Of a stretch of DNA of 46,020 nt, positions 34,818 to 44,260 are shown piece by piece. Location of the stretch: contig JBDNJH010000190.1 of the NCBI GenBank assembly GCA_041687875.1, positions 1-46,020 on the forward strand, given 5' to 3'. The translations under genes and the position numbers were made by a program. The notes beneath the pieces were generated by a model. It saw only the letters and a program-made list of their open reading frames with translations, was not told the origin of the DNA and did no database searches. Source of the DNA: Flavobacteriales bacterium (GTDB taxonomy: Bacteria > Bacteroidota > Bacteroidia > UBA10329). Each line of letters starts with the position of its first letter. The first letter of the stretch is position 1.

Positions 34818-35408
34818 CTAGTTGTCATAACTGTTTACAATGTCGCTTATTTTTTCAAGATGCTTTTGTTTCTCAGGCTGCCGTATGGTTTTGCCGTAAG
34901 TTGTTTGGTAAACGTGCTGGGTAAGAAAACTCAACTGAATTCTATTCCAAGCTTCGACCTCCGTAAGTATTCCTAAGTGTTTCAACTCTTTAAAAAGATT
35001 GGTGCCGATGGGCTCAAAATCGTCTCTACCCAAATAATCAAGATCGGCATCGCACAAAATTTCGGCCAAATGGTCTTTTGGGTTCTGAGGGATTTTGGTT
35101 GCCAAAATCATTTCACAGATATGTTCAATAGCCTTATCATCAAACCCAAAGGCAGGTAAATTTTCCCGTGCTATTTCACAACCTGTAAGTTCGTGGTTTT
35201 GGTGTCCTTTAAGAAAACCACAATCATGAAAGGCAGCAGCAACCAGTAATAGATTCTGTTCATCCTCAGACACGCCTTCCGATTTGCCGATTCTCTGCGC
35301 GGCATCCAACACATCTAGGGTGTGATGATGTCCATGATAGGAGAGGTGCTCTGGTAGGTCGGCCTCTAGTTGTAATAATATGTATTCAATCGCTCCTGCG
35401 TAATCCAT
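34818..35408 (-). CDS. HD-domain metal-dependent phosphohydrolase
   Basis: 196 aa with YHGHHHTLDV and AAAFHDCGF (H...HD) and a downstream DADLDYLG. Confidence 0.8.
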   Translation of the reverse strand: MDYAGAIEYILLQLEADLPEHLSYHGHHHTLDVLDAAQRIGKSEGVSEDEQNLLLVAAAFHDCGFLKGHQNHELTGCEIARENLPAFGFDDKAIEHICEMILATKIPQNPKDHLAEILCDADLDYLGRDDFEPIGTNLFKELKHLGILTEVEAWNRIQLSFLTQHVYQTTYGKTIRQPEKQKHLEKISDIVNSYDN

Positions 35409-35536
35409 TCCGCGTTTCTAGCTAGCAAATAAGCATTTTTTGATGGTAATTCCATAATACGAAGGGCACAATTCTTGAACTTTAGACATATCTACCAGTA
35501 AATAAGACGATATGGCCATAGAAATTATGATGCAAT

Positions 35537-36283
35537 TTAAAAAGGACTGACACCAATTCCAACCGAAATCGGAACGGCTTCTGTTCCTCTTCCATCTTTG
35601 AACAATGGAGTTAGAGAATAGAAGAAACTCAAGTAGAAATTGGCGTAACCAACTCTTGCAGTAACTCCGTATCTGAACTTGGTGAGGTTGGGAATATCGT
35701 AGGTTTTAATTTTATCTCGAAAGTTGATTCCCTGATAGAAAAGGTCTTCGTCTGTCTTTGTTTTGGTATGACTTTGAACTAGCCAACCCAATTTGAATCC
35801 GACCGAAGCGGCAATTCGCTTTCCGTTTTTATGAGGTTTGGAACGAAAACGAAGTTCAAATGGAAGGTCGATGAAATTGGTGGATATTTTATTGACATTG
35901 ATGTTCTTTCCATCAAAAAAATCCGTGTCTAATTTGGTGTATGTTGACCCTGATGTGATTGCATATTCAATCGGAAATCCTTCCATGTGAATATTATGCG
36001 AGTTGAATCCAACACCACCTGCCACGCTAAACAGGCTCTTGGCAATCACATAGTCGTAAACCACTGCCACATCAACACCTCTCGAAGCAAACCATTTGGA
36101 GCTAATGGTAGATGGCGTTCCAATCCAACCATCAAAATTTAGGTTGATGAGAACCATTTCTTTACGCGGTGGTTTGCGCTTTTTTACCGGTTTTGTGTCA
36201 GCCACGGTTTCTGTAGAAACCTCTTGCGCTAAGCAGAAACCAGACATCATCACCAAAAGAAAAACCGTGTAAAATCTGCGCAT
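35537..36283 (-). CDS. Outer-membrane beta-barrel (porin-family) protein
   Basis: ATG at 36281-36283. It has a signal peptide (MSGFCLAQ), an alternating-hydrophobic pattern and a C-terminal aromatic residue (...IGVSPF). Confidence 0.55.
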   Translation of the reverse strand: MRRFYTVFLLVMMSGFCLAQEVSTETVADTKPVKKRKPPRKEMVLINLNFDGWIGTPSTISSKWFASRGVDVAVVYDYVIAKSLFSVAGGVGFNSHNIHMEGFPIEYAITSGSTYTKLDTDFFDGKNINVNKISTNFIDLPFELRFRSKPHKNGKRIAASVGFKLGWLVQSHTKTKTDEDLFYQGINFRDKIKTYDIPNLTKFRYGVTARVGYANFYLSFFYSLTPLFKDGRGTEAVPISVGIGVSPF

Positions 36284-36325
36284 CAACTATAAATGAAGCG
36301 GCAAATATATGTTATGGGAAGTGCT

Positions 36326-38080
36326 TTACTCATCTGTGTTCGGATTCCACTCCAACTCCATGTTCCAGTTGGCGCGCACTTCCGTGTCTTTCTGAAATAT
36401 CTTGATGGGTTCGGGTTGGCGTTTCTGTGAATAGAGGCCACTGTCCCAAAATCCATTGCCATTCAGGTCTCTTACTACTTGAACATGGTATTTTCCAGGA
36501 TCAAGCCTACTAAAAAGGACGTTTCCTTTATTGTTAACAGGCCTCCGTTCCAGCACCACGTTGGCTGTATTTAAAAGCTCCACTACCACCTGTGTTTTTG
36601 GTGCTTCGGTGATGTTCAAACTCAGTTCGCCAAAAGCTTCTTTATCAATTCCTACAAACGAGGTTTCCAGCGTGTCGTTCCAAAGCTGATAGAGGTCGGA
36701 AAACGCGCTATCAAGCACCAACAGTCGGTAGTGTTTGTCCTTTTTCCAAGCATAGGTGATGTCAAATTTGCGAAGCGCGGGATCTGCGGAATTGATGTCG
36801 TAGTTAACCCGCACTGAGTCCTCATAGAGCTTAATTCTCGACAAATCCATTCCCGTGGCCGGATGATTCCAAATCAGAGAAAGCGGTGTTTGGGGTTTTG
36901 GCGAACGCCCTTTTTGGGGATTGAATTTTGCGGTAAGCGCAAATTTTTCTTTCATTTTCTTTATTCCAGCCTTCCCTGACGAACTGCGCGAAACTTCCAG
37001 TTCATCCGTTCGCTCTTTCATAATTATCTCAACGGTATCCTTGTCGGCTTTTCCAACATCAAGCAGCAACCTCAACGTATCAGGAACTTGATCGGTAGTC
37101 CAAATGGTAATCGTATCTCCAATGCTGTTGTAATCTTTCAGCATCCATTCCTTCTTATAGTAGCCGCCTTTCATATCAATTTTTAGATTTTTTACTGGAC
37201 GATTATACACGAATACTAGTTTCCCGAAGTGTTCGCAATAGCTTTTTTTCAAAAATTGAGTTGTGTCCGTTTCTACAAATAGCTGAATTGTGTAGTTCGG
37301 AATTGGTGTGCCAACCATTTGCTTTAGAGAGCCTTTGCCGCCAGAAGCAATGGAGTCAACAGCAGTTGAATCCGAAACCGTGGTATCAGGAACAACCGCC
37401 ATCAATGGTGCATATGGCAGGATGAGCGAATCGATAAATCCGATTTTTTCTTCCCGCACATCAAACCTGTAATTGGCATTTTCATCCTTCAAGGCAAAAA
37501 TCTTGTATGGTTGATTTCCAACATGCTTAATGAGAAAGGAGCCGTCTTCCAGCGAGCGCGTGAAAAAATCGGGAATGGTATCAAGCGGCAGCCAATCAAT
37601 GTCGTTTTTATAGAGCATCACCAACGCATCTTTCTCCGGTTCTCCAGTAATGGCATCAACCAATTTGCCCTTTACCTGCATACTGTCTAAGTGTGCGCCT
37701 GTGCTGAAAACGTAGGTGTAATTGGCAAGCACGTTTCCTTCGTTGTTATCGCGAATTGCTTCTCCAAAATTGATGGTGTAAGTGGTATTTGGAGAAAGTG
37801 CTTGCTCAAATTTCACCACCAATGATTTCTGTTTGAGCTGATAAGAAGGCGATTTCAGCATTGGTGGCGAAATAACCACCTGTTCTGCTGGAGATTTCAA
37901 TTCGATAAACTCATCAAACGAAATGACAATCTGGTTTGATTGGAAATCTGTAGAGAGATTTTTCGGTATTTCCGAAAGGATTTTTGGAGGTGTTTCATCT
38001 TTTGGCCCACCTGTTGGCGCCACCTGTTGCGCACAGCCAAAAAGGATGAGTATAGAAAGGTAAAGTAGCTCCTTTCTCAT
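36326..38080 (-). CDS. Ig-like-domain lipoprotein of unknown function
   Basis: 584 aa with a lipobox (ILILFGC) followed by APTGGPKDETPPKI, the typical N-terminus of SbsA-Ig-like Bacteroidota lipoproteins. ATGA overlap with the upstream gene. Confidence 0.55.
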   Translation of the reverse strand: MRKELLYLSILILFGCAQQVAPTGGPKDETPPKILSEIPKNLSTDFQSNQIVISFDEFIELKSPAEQVVISPPMLKSPSYQLKQKSLVVKFEQALSPNTTYTINFGEAIRDNNEGNVLANYTYVFSTGAHLDSMQVKGKLVDAITGEPEKDALVMLYKNDIDWLPLDTIPDFFTRSLEDGSFLIKHVGNQPYKIFALKDENANYRFDVREEKIGFIDSLILPYAPLMAVVPDTTVSDSTAVDSIASGGKGSLKQMVGTPIPNYTIQLFVETDTTQFLKKSYCEHFGKLVFVYNRPVKNLKIDMKGGYYKKEWMLKDYNSIGDTITIWTTDQVPDTLRLLLDVGKADKDTVEIIMKERTDELEVSRSSSGKAGIKKMKEKFALTAKFNPQKGRSPKPQTPLSLIWNHPATGMDLSRIKLYEDSVRVNYDINSADPALRKFDITYAWKKDKHYRLLVLDSAFSDLYQLWNDTLETSFVGIDKEAFGELSLNITEAPKTQVVVELLNTANVVLERRPVNNKGNVLFSRLDPGKYHVQVVRDLNGNGFWDSGLYSQKRQPEPIKIFQKDTEVRANWNMELEWNPNTDE

Positions 38081-38562
38081 TTGAAAAAGGGCGTTATTAG
38101 TATTGCGATTTTCTCCAATCCGGCTTTATCTTCTTCATCAAAATCATCTAGCACGTGGCTGTCAACATCTAAAACGGCAATCACTTTTCCATTTGAAACT
38201 AATGGAACTACAATTTCAGATTTCGAAGCTGAGCTGCACGCAATGTGCCCAGGAAACTCATCTACATTCGGGACAATGATGGTTTGTTTTTCTTTCCAAG
38301 CGGTGCCGCAAACGCCTTTTCCAAAACCTATTCTGGTGCAAGCAACATCACCCTGAAATGGCCCTAAAACCAATTCATCTCCATCCACCAAATAAAACCC
38401 AACCCAGAAAAATCCAAAGGTTTGACGCAATGCAGCAGCCACATTGGCCAAGTTGGCAACCAAAGAAGTTTCTCCTCCGACCAATGCTGTAAGCTGAGGA
38501 ATCAGCAGTTCGTACTTCTCTTGTTTTGAGATGTTGGTTTGTATGTTGAGTTCGTCTGCCAT
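38077..38562 (-). CDS. msrC: GAF-domain free methionine-(R)-sulfoxide reductase
   Basis: 161 aa with WVGFYL, LVLGPFQGDVACTRIGFGKGVCGTA, FPGHIACSSASKSEIVVPL and VLDVDS. The three conserved Cys are present. Confidence 0.75.
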   Translation of the reverse strand: MADELNIQTNISKQEKYELLIPQLTALVGGETSLVANLANVAAALRQTFGFFWVGFYLVDGDELVLGPFQGDVACTRIGFGKGVCGTAWKEKQTIIVPNVDEFPGHIACSSASKSEIVVPLVSNGKVIAVLDVDSHVLDDFDEEDKAGLEKIAILITPFFK

Positions 38563-39350
38563 CAGTTTCTACAGAAATTGGCAATCAATTCAAAGCATTT
38601 TTCTGGGGCTTCTAAATGTCCCATGTGGCTGATGTTTTTCACGATTTCAAGCTGAATATCGTTGCTGAGTTCAGCAATCTCCTTCACATCATCAATAGAA
38701 ATTACCGAGTCCAATTCTCCATGAATGATGAGCTTTCGGAACGTACTATTTTTCAGTATTTCTGTTCTGTCTTTGCGCTCCATCATGCCACGAATGTTGG
38801 CAATAATTCCTTGATCTGAGAATGTGTTCGCAATATCAATTAACCGTTGAATCTCATCCTTTAAAACCTCACGTGAATCTTCTGCGAATAAAGAAGGAAT
38901 GGCGGCATTTACATAAACGCTCTTGTTTCGTTGCACCAGGCCAATCACGCGTTCGCGGTCCTTCTTCTTATCCTCAGCATCAGGATAAGTGGTTGAATGA
39001 AAAAGCACCAGTCCTCCAATCAAATCGGGTTGTTTTTCTGCTAATGCCAACGCCACATAGCCGCCCATCGAATGCCCAATCACCGTGCATTTATCAACAT
39101 TCTCGGTGAACAATACTGTTGCAACTGCAGCCGCGTGTTCTTCCATGGAATGTGCGTAACCCACGTTTGCTGATTCACCTTGACCTAACAAGTCGATGGA
39201 AATAACCTCGAATTCTGAACTCAGCTTTTCAGCATAATCGTTCCACATGCTGCGCTCCTCCAAAAACCCATGAAGCAGCACAACGGGTTGTCCACTACCG
39301 ATTTGTGAATAAACCACATCGATACCTTTATATTCTATGGTCTTTCGCAA
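38562..39350 (-). CDS. Alpha/beta-fold hydrolase
   Basis: 262 aa with PVVLLHGF, the nucleophile elbow GHSMGG and a C-terminal ISHMGHLE. The apparent start is TTG. Confidence 0.85.
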   Translation of the reverse strand: MRKTIEYKGIDVVYSQIGSGQPVVLLHGFLEERSMWNDYAEKLSSEFEVISIDLLGQGESANVGYAHSMEEHAAAVATVLFTENVDKCTVIGHSMGGYVALALAEKQPDLIGGLVLFHSTTYPDAEDKKKDRERVIGLVQRNKSVYVNAAIPSLFAEDSREVLKDEIQRLIDIANTFSDQGIIANIRGMMERKDRTEILKNSTFRKLIIHGELDSVISIDDVKEIAELSNDIQLEIVKNISHMGHLEAPEKCFELIANFCRN

Positions 39351-39362
39351 GCTAATTTTGTG

Positions 39363-39370
39363 AAGCGGTC
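39363..39370 (+). promoter_or_regulatory. Candidate -7 box TAATTTTG (TAnnTTTG)
   Basis: An exact consensus match lies 54 nt upstream of the ATG at 39424. Confidence 0.3.
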
Positions 39371-39423
39371 AAAAGTACATACTAAGCCGAAGACCAACCC
39401 GTTCATACTCCAAGCACTTTTCC

Positions 39424-40170
39424 ATGAAACGATACATTCCGATATTTCTTGTTCTGCTGTTATCCATTTCGTGGCCCGAAGCCTCGGCTCAAGGAAAATT
39501 GGGCGTTTTTGTGGGTGGAGGAATGATGACCTACACAGGCGATTTGCAAGAAAATCCATGGCCGCATGGCAAAACCTTGTGCTGGACAGCCAATGCTGGT
39601 TTGCATTGGCAGATTAATCGTAGGTGGGGACTTCAACTCAATTACACCATTGGAAAGGTTCAGGCTAGCGACCAATTTGCCAAGGCTGCAGATAGAATTG
39701 CGCGCGATTTGAGGTTCAGCTCCCTCTTGCACGAGATTGGAATTAGAGGAACTTTTGACATTCTTCCCAACGACAAATGGAGGGTGTTGCCATACATAAC
39801 TGCTGGCGTTGCCGCGCTCAATTTTGAACCGAAACGTGATGGCGTTGCTTTGCGTGGCATGGAGAATGAAGGCGTTGCCTATTCAAATTGGACGGTCAGT
39901 ATTCCGACTGGTTTGGGAGTGAAGTGGCAAATAAATTGCCGCTGGGCGCTCAAAGGCGAATTCGTTTACCATTGGACTATTACCGATTATTTGGATGATG
40001 TGAGCTTACGCGGCAATGAGAAGTGGAAAGATGGATTTTGGGACTTAAATGTAGGCGTCATATACTTTTTCCAAGGCTGTGGAAGCTCTAAAAAAGGAGG
40101 TCTGATTGAAGACTGCGAAGAACTCTACAAAGACGTGAATCTGAAGGAACTTCAGGAGCAGTATAAATAG
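39424..40170 (+). CDS. Outer-membrane beta-barrel protein (DUF6089-like)
   Basis: 248 aa with a signal peptide (SWPEASAQ), repeated beta-strand patterns with aromatic girdle residues, and a TDYLDDV motif. Confidence 0.55.
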   Translation: MKRYIPIFLVLLLSISWPEASAQGKLGVFVGGGMMTYTGDLQENPWPHGKTLCWTANAGLHWQINRRWGLQLNYTIGKVQASDQFAKAADRIARDLRFSSLLHEIGIRGTFDILPNDKWRVLPYITAGVAALNFEPKRDGVALRGMENEGVAYSNWTVSIPTGLGVKWQINCRWALKGEFVYHWTITDYLDDVSLRGNEKWKDGFWDLNVGVIYFFQGCGSSKKGGLIEDCEELYKDVNLKELQEQYK

Positions 40171-40179
40171 AAACGGAGG

Positions 40180-41280
40180 TTAGTTAAACGCGGCTTTTAT
40201 CGCTGCAACCGTTCGGTCAATGTGCTCATCGCTCACAATTCCCATGTGACCAACGCGGAAATATTGGGTTTTGTGCGAAGGCAGTAGGCCACCTGCAATC
40301 ACAACTCCATTCTGCCCGACTTTGCCTAAGAATTCGCCACCGTTTACTCCTTCTGGATAGTAAGGAGCGGTAAGCGTGTTTGCCTGAACCGCTTCTGATG
40401 TTGGAATAAAATCCATTCCAAGTGCACGCATTTCATCACGAAATTTCTTGGCTAACCGTTCATGGCGAGCAAAGCGCGCATCCATTCCTTCTTCAATAAT
40501 CAGTTCCAAACTTGTTTCCAATGCTTGAATAAGGTTGATAGGTGGCGTAGCGAAATAAGAAGGGTTTCTGGCCTCATACGCTTTCATTATTGGTAGCCAT
40601 AAACTCCAATCGCAGAAGTAATTGCCAACGGGAGTTTTTCGATTTACCCAAACATTCATGGCTTTTTCGGAAGCAACTAGAAGCGCCAATCCGGGAGGAA
40701 CGCCAACTGCTTTTTGAGATGCGGTCACTACCACATCAATTCCCCATTCTTCCTGACGGATTTCCTCGCCAGCTACAGAACAAACGCCATCCAAAATGCT
40801 CAGAACGTTGTATTTCTGAGCCAATGCACCCATCGCTTTTGCATCAACCAGAACGCTCGTAGAAGTATCTACATGGGTAAACGTCATCAGTTTGTATTTG
40901 CCTTTGGCGAGTTCAGTTTCCACCGTTTCCAACGGAACCACATCCCCAACTTCTGCTTGTAGGAAAGTGACAGATGCTCCGTAGCGCTTCAGCAATTCAG
41001 CATAGCGTTCTCCGAAATAACCAGTCGAAACCACAAGGACATTATCGCCAACCTCAATCAAATTGGCTCCAGCCATATCCATGGCAAGCGTTCCAGAACC
41101 TGCTACAATAAACGGCTGTCCGTTTGGTGCAAGCCACACGTTGCGCATCATTTCCAAAGCGCGACCAAAGGATTCTATAAATGCAGGTGCCACATGACTC
41201 AAGGTCGGTTGGCCCATTTTCTCCAATACACTTGGGTCGAACTCAATCGGGCCCGGAATCATCAATAATTTTCGTGTCAT
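40180..41280 (-). CDS. Class-V aminotransferase (alanine-glyoxylate / serine-pyruvate aminotransferase family)
   Basis: 366 aa starting LMIPGPIEFDP, with a PLP-lysine context of VVTASQKAVGVPPGLALL. Confidence 0.85.
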   Translation of the reverse strand: MTRKLLMIPGPIEFDPSVLEKMGQPTLSHVAPAFIESFGRALEMMRNVWLAPNGQPFIVAGSGTLAMDMAGANLIEVGDNVLVVSTGYFGERYAELLKRYGASVTFLQAEVGDVVPLETVETELAKGKYKLMTFTHVDTSTSVLVDAKAMGALAQKYNVLSILDGVCSVAGEEIRQEEWGIDVVVTASQKAVGVPPGLALLVASEKAMNVWVNRKTPVGNYFCDWSLWLPIMKAYEARNPSYFATPPINLIQALETSLELIIEEGMDARFARHERLAKKFRDEMRALGMDFIPTSEAVQANTLTAPYYPEGVNGGEFLGKVGQNGVVIAGGLLPSHKTQYFRVGHMGIVSDEHIDRTVAAIKAAFN

Positions 41281-41300
41281 TTAATTTATCAGTTCAATCC

Positions 41301-42047
41301 TCAACCTTTGAAAATAGGAGCATTTTCCAAATCCATAACGAGTGTCGATACTTCTATCTGAAACCACTCCTTGAATAATTTATAAGTACGCTTTTGGGGC
41401 CACTCTTTTTTGTTCGTATGCCAGTATTCCAATTCCATTTGAAAAAAGCGGTCGAAATGTTTTTTCAACCATGAGTCAAGGATTTTAGCCTTCCTGTTGT
41501 TTATCAGATAGATATTTGCCTCATCTGCCTCAAATATTGGCTTTTCGGGATAGATTCCGTTAATCCAGTCGAATAACGGTTGCTTTGGTTTAAGCACAAT
41601 GGCATGCCTATCAATTGGCCCCGGTTCTTCAGGCCCTAAGAACATGTTAGCGGCTGAATCTTTCTGATTCAGGAGATATTCTTGAATGGTCTGGGATTTT
41701 ACAGTTAGGGTAATACTTCCGTCTTCTTCTTCCTTCAATTCGAAACCACGATACAGGTGGTCGTATTGATTATAGGACTTGGATTTTCTTTCGATGAGTG
41801 TTTTAAGAAGGGGTTCATCTGGAAAATCCTTGTAAGCCAATTGCAAGACTTCTGGCCTTGCTTTTTCTGGTAAAGTCATGCTGATACATGCGATATTCCA
41901 TGCCGATATGGCAATTTCATAAATGTAGTCTAGGGAATCGTCCTCTGGAAATTCATCAACCAAAGGGCTGATAAATGATTCTAAGAGTTCTGAATATTTG
42001 ATTCCAGAATCATCTCCGTTAAATAGGTTAATAATTTTATCTGCCAT
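41301..42047 (-). CDS. Hypothetical cytoplasmic protein
   Basis: 248-aa ORF with an ATG start and backbone-like composition. It has no signal peptide and no motif I can name. Confidence 0.55.
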   Translation of the reverse strand: MADKIINLFNGDDSGIKYSELLESFISPLVDEFPEDDSLDYIYEIAISAWNIACISMTLPEKARPEVLQLAYKDFPDEPLLKTLIERKSKSYNQYDHLYRGFELKEEEDGSITLTVKSQTIQEYLLNQKDSAANMFLGPEEPGPIDRHAIVLKPKQPLFDWINGIYPEKPIFEADEANIYLINNRKAKILDSWLKKHFDRFFQMELEYWHTNKKEWPQKRTYKLFKEWFQIEVSTLVMDLENAPIFKG

Positions 42048-42109
42048 GCTTAAAGTTTATTCATTTTTTTCTGCGCCTCCCGAAAAAACGGGACAGGTTC
42101 TGCGTGAAA

Positions 42110-43399
42110 TCAACTATTCATCAACTCCTCAATTTCCTCCACTTCCTTCGGAATATTCTTCATCAGGTTAGTGTTTCCCTTTTTGGTAATCAGAATGTCA
42201 TCTTCTATCCGAACACCAATTCCCTCTTCTAGAATGTAAATTCCTGGCTCGCAGGTAAACACGTTTCCTTCTTCCATCGGCAAATCCCAGTTTCCTACAT
42301 CATGCGTGTCTAAACCAAGAAAATGGCTTGTGCCGTGCATGAAATACTTTTTGTACGCAGGCCACTTTGGGTCCTGGTTTTTAATGTCGGTCTTATCAAT
42401 CAGCTTCAATTTTACCAACTCGTCTTGCATTAGCAACCCAACATCTTTGTGGTATTGTTTGAGAATTGTTCCTGGACGAAGCATTTTAATAGCGGCTTTC
42501 TGCACACGAAGCACTGCGTTGTAAACATCTTTCTGTCGCGGAGAATATCTTCCATTTACAGGAATCGTGCGCGAAAGGTCTGCATCGTAATTGGCGTACT
42601 CTGCACCAATATCAAGCAGCAGAATATCTCCATCTTTGCATTGCTGATTGTTCTGAATGTAGTGCAACACGCACGAACTTTTTCCCGATGCGATAATTGG
42701 CTCATAAGCAAATCCTTGAGCACGATTTCGAGTGAATTCATGGATTAGTTCTGCTTCCAATTCATACTCCCAAACGTCCGGTTTAACCGTTTTCAAAAGT
42801 CTTCGGAATCCTTTTTCTGTGATGTCGCAAGCTTCTTGAAGGAGAAGCGTTTCAAACTTGGATTTAACGGCACGAATACGTTCCATAACGGGCGCACATC
42901 TTCGGATTTTGTGAAGCGGATATTTGGCTGTGCACCATTTTACGAAGCGGGCATCGCGGCTTTCCACTTCAATGGTAGCTCGTCCATGTTCGTTTGAATT
43001 AAGGTAGATGTGTGAAGCCTCATTTACCAACATATTGAACACACGATTGAAATCCTTGAGCCAGTAAACGGTTTGAACGCCAGAGACCTGTTGAGCTTGC
43101 TTAACGTTCAGTTTTGCGCCTTCCCAAATGGCAATGGTTTCGTTCGTCTCTTTGAGGAAAAGGACCTCACGATGGTTTTCATCTCGTGCATTTGGCGCCA
43201 AAACAAGAATAGACTCTTCCTGATCAATCCCAGAGAGGTAAAACAAGTCGCTATTCTGCTTAAATTTCATAGTACCATCCGCATTGGTTGGCATCACATC
43301 ATTACTATTGAAAACCGCCACACTCTGCGGAACGATTCCATCTATGAAACGCTTTCTGTTCTGAACAAAAAGCTCGGTGTCTATTCTATCGTATCTCAT
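42110..43399 (-). CDS. pepP: Xaa-Pro aminopeptidase (M24B)
   Basis: 429 aa with an AMP_N-type N-terminus and the metal ligands in LLDIGAEYANYDADLSRT, HGTSHFLGLDTHD, EPGIY and VRIEDD. Confidence 0.85.
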   Translation of the reverse strand: MRYDRIDTELFVQNRKRFIDGIVPQSVAVFNSNDVMPTNADGTMKFKQNSDLFYLSGIDQEESILVLAPNARDENHREVLFLKETNETIAIWEGAKLNVKQAQQVSGVQTVYWLKDFNRVFNMLVNEASHIYLNSNEHGRATIEVESRDARFVKWCTAKYPLHKIRRCAPVMERIRAVKSKFETLLLQEACDITEKGFRRLLKTVKPDVWEYELEAELIHEFTRNRAQGFAYEPIIASGKSSCVLHYIQNNQQCKDGDILLLDIGAEYANYDADLSRTIPVNGRYSPRQKDVYNAVLRVQKAAIKMLRPGTILKQYHKDVGLLMQDELVKLKLIDKTDIKNQDPKWPAYKKYFMHGTSHFLGLDTHDVGNWDLPMEEGNVFTCEPGIYILEEGIGVRIEDDILITKKGNTNLMKNIPKEVEEIEELMNS

Positions 43400-43514
43400 C
43401 GGTTGAACTTGTTGCCCAAAAGTATGTTATTCCTTAGGCAGAGCAAAGTTGAGTGCTATCTATTAAGAATGTTTCTAAATAAAAACGAAGACATACCTAT
43501 AAATTCACATGCGT

Positions 43515-43522
43515 TACATTTG
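43515..43522 (+). promoter_or_regulatory. Candidate -7 box TACATTTG (TAnnTTTG) for the sdh operon
   Basis: An exact consensus match lies 48 nt upstream of the ATG at 43570. Its position argues against the track start at 43531. Confidence 0.3.
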
Positions 43523-43569
43523 CCGCAATAATGCAAGGCCCCTTCGGGTTTTGCCAAAATCAGACATCA

Positions 43570-44250
43570 ATGTCCAGTTCGATAGTAAAAAAGATAGCGA
43601 TGGCCCTATCAGGGTTCTTCCTGATGTTTTTCCTTCTGCAGCATCTTACCATCAACTTCATTTCGGTGATAAGTCCCGATGGTTTCAATGCCACAGCTCA
43701 CTTTATGGGAACTAATCCCATTGTTCAGATAGCACTACAACCAGTTCTTGCCTTTGGAGTTATTTTTCACTTGATGATGGGAATGCGATTGGAACTACAG
43801 AACCGCGCCTCTCGCCCGATTAAGTATGCGATGAACAAGCCAGAAGAGAATTCTTCTTGGATGAGCCGCAACATGATTATCACAGGAATTATGATTTTCC
43901 TTTTCCTTGGACTGCACTTTTATGATTTCTGGATTCCAGAATTGAACGTGAAATATATTCAGGGCGATATGTCTGGTCTAATTGACCCGATGAATCCAGA
44001 TAGCGGAATGCGTTATTGGGAAGAGCTTCATCACAAGTTTCACGACCCAATTCGCGTTGGATTATATGTCCTATCATTTGTGTTTTTAGCACTGCATTTG
44101 TTGCACGGTTTCCAATCGGCTTTTCAGTCGGTCGGTTTCAACCATCGCAAGTACACGCCTGTAATTAAGAAGCTTTCAAACATTTACGCCATTGTGGTGC
44201 CGCTCGGATTTATCATCATTGCGGTTTTTCACTTCTTGACGCAATCATAA
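43570..44250 (+). CDS. sdhC: Succinate dehydrogenase cytochrome b subunit (b558 family)
   Basis: ATG at 43570 gives [26 protein letters not shown].... It has five hydrophobic helices with conserved His residues and lies directly upstream of sdhA. Confidence 0.8.
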   Translation: MSSSIVKKIAMALSGFFLMFFLLQHLTINFISVISPDGFNATAHFMGTNPIVQIALQPVLAFGVIFHLMMGMRLELQNRASRPIKYAMNKPEENSSWMSRNMIITGIMIFLFLGLHFYDFWIPELNVKYIQGDMSGLIDPMNPDSGMRYWEELHHKFHDPIRVGLYVLSFVFLALHLLHGFQSAFQSVGFNHRKYTPVIKKLSNIYAIVVPLGFIIIAVFHFLTQS

Positions 44251-44260
44251 AATAGGAGCC

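Noticed and set aside
5663-39350. There are several apparent TTG starts (TPR protein 7384, flippase 13147, darB 31132, hydrolase 39350).
   Set aside because: This is probably just ordinary alternative start-codon use or slightly misplaced starts. No ATG alternative preserves the expected N-termini, and nothing suggests recoding.
1095-43569. The ORF track gives N-terminal extensions for several genes: elbB 1095, tatA to 3530, M23 to 4953, DUF4292 to 5662, cheR to 27709, PKD protein to 28854, darA 30111, lipoprotein to 33945, OMP to 36286 and sdhC 43531.
   Set aside because: In each case an internal ATG yields a canonical N-terminus (signal peptide, lipobox or family-typical start). The extension either starts at TTG or runs through a terminator, inverted repeat or promoter box.
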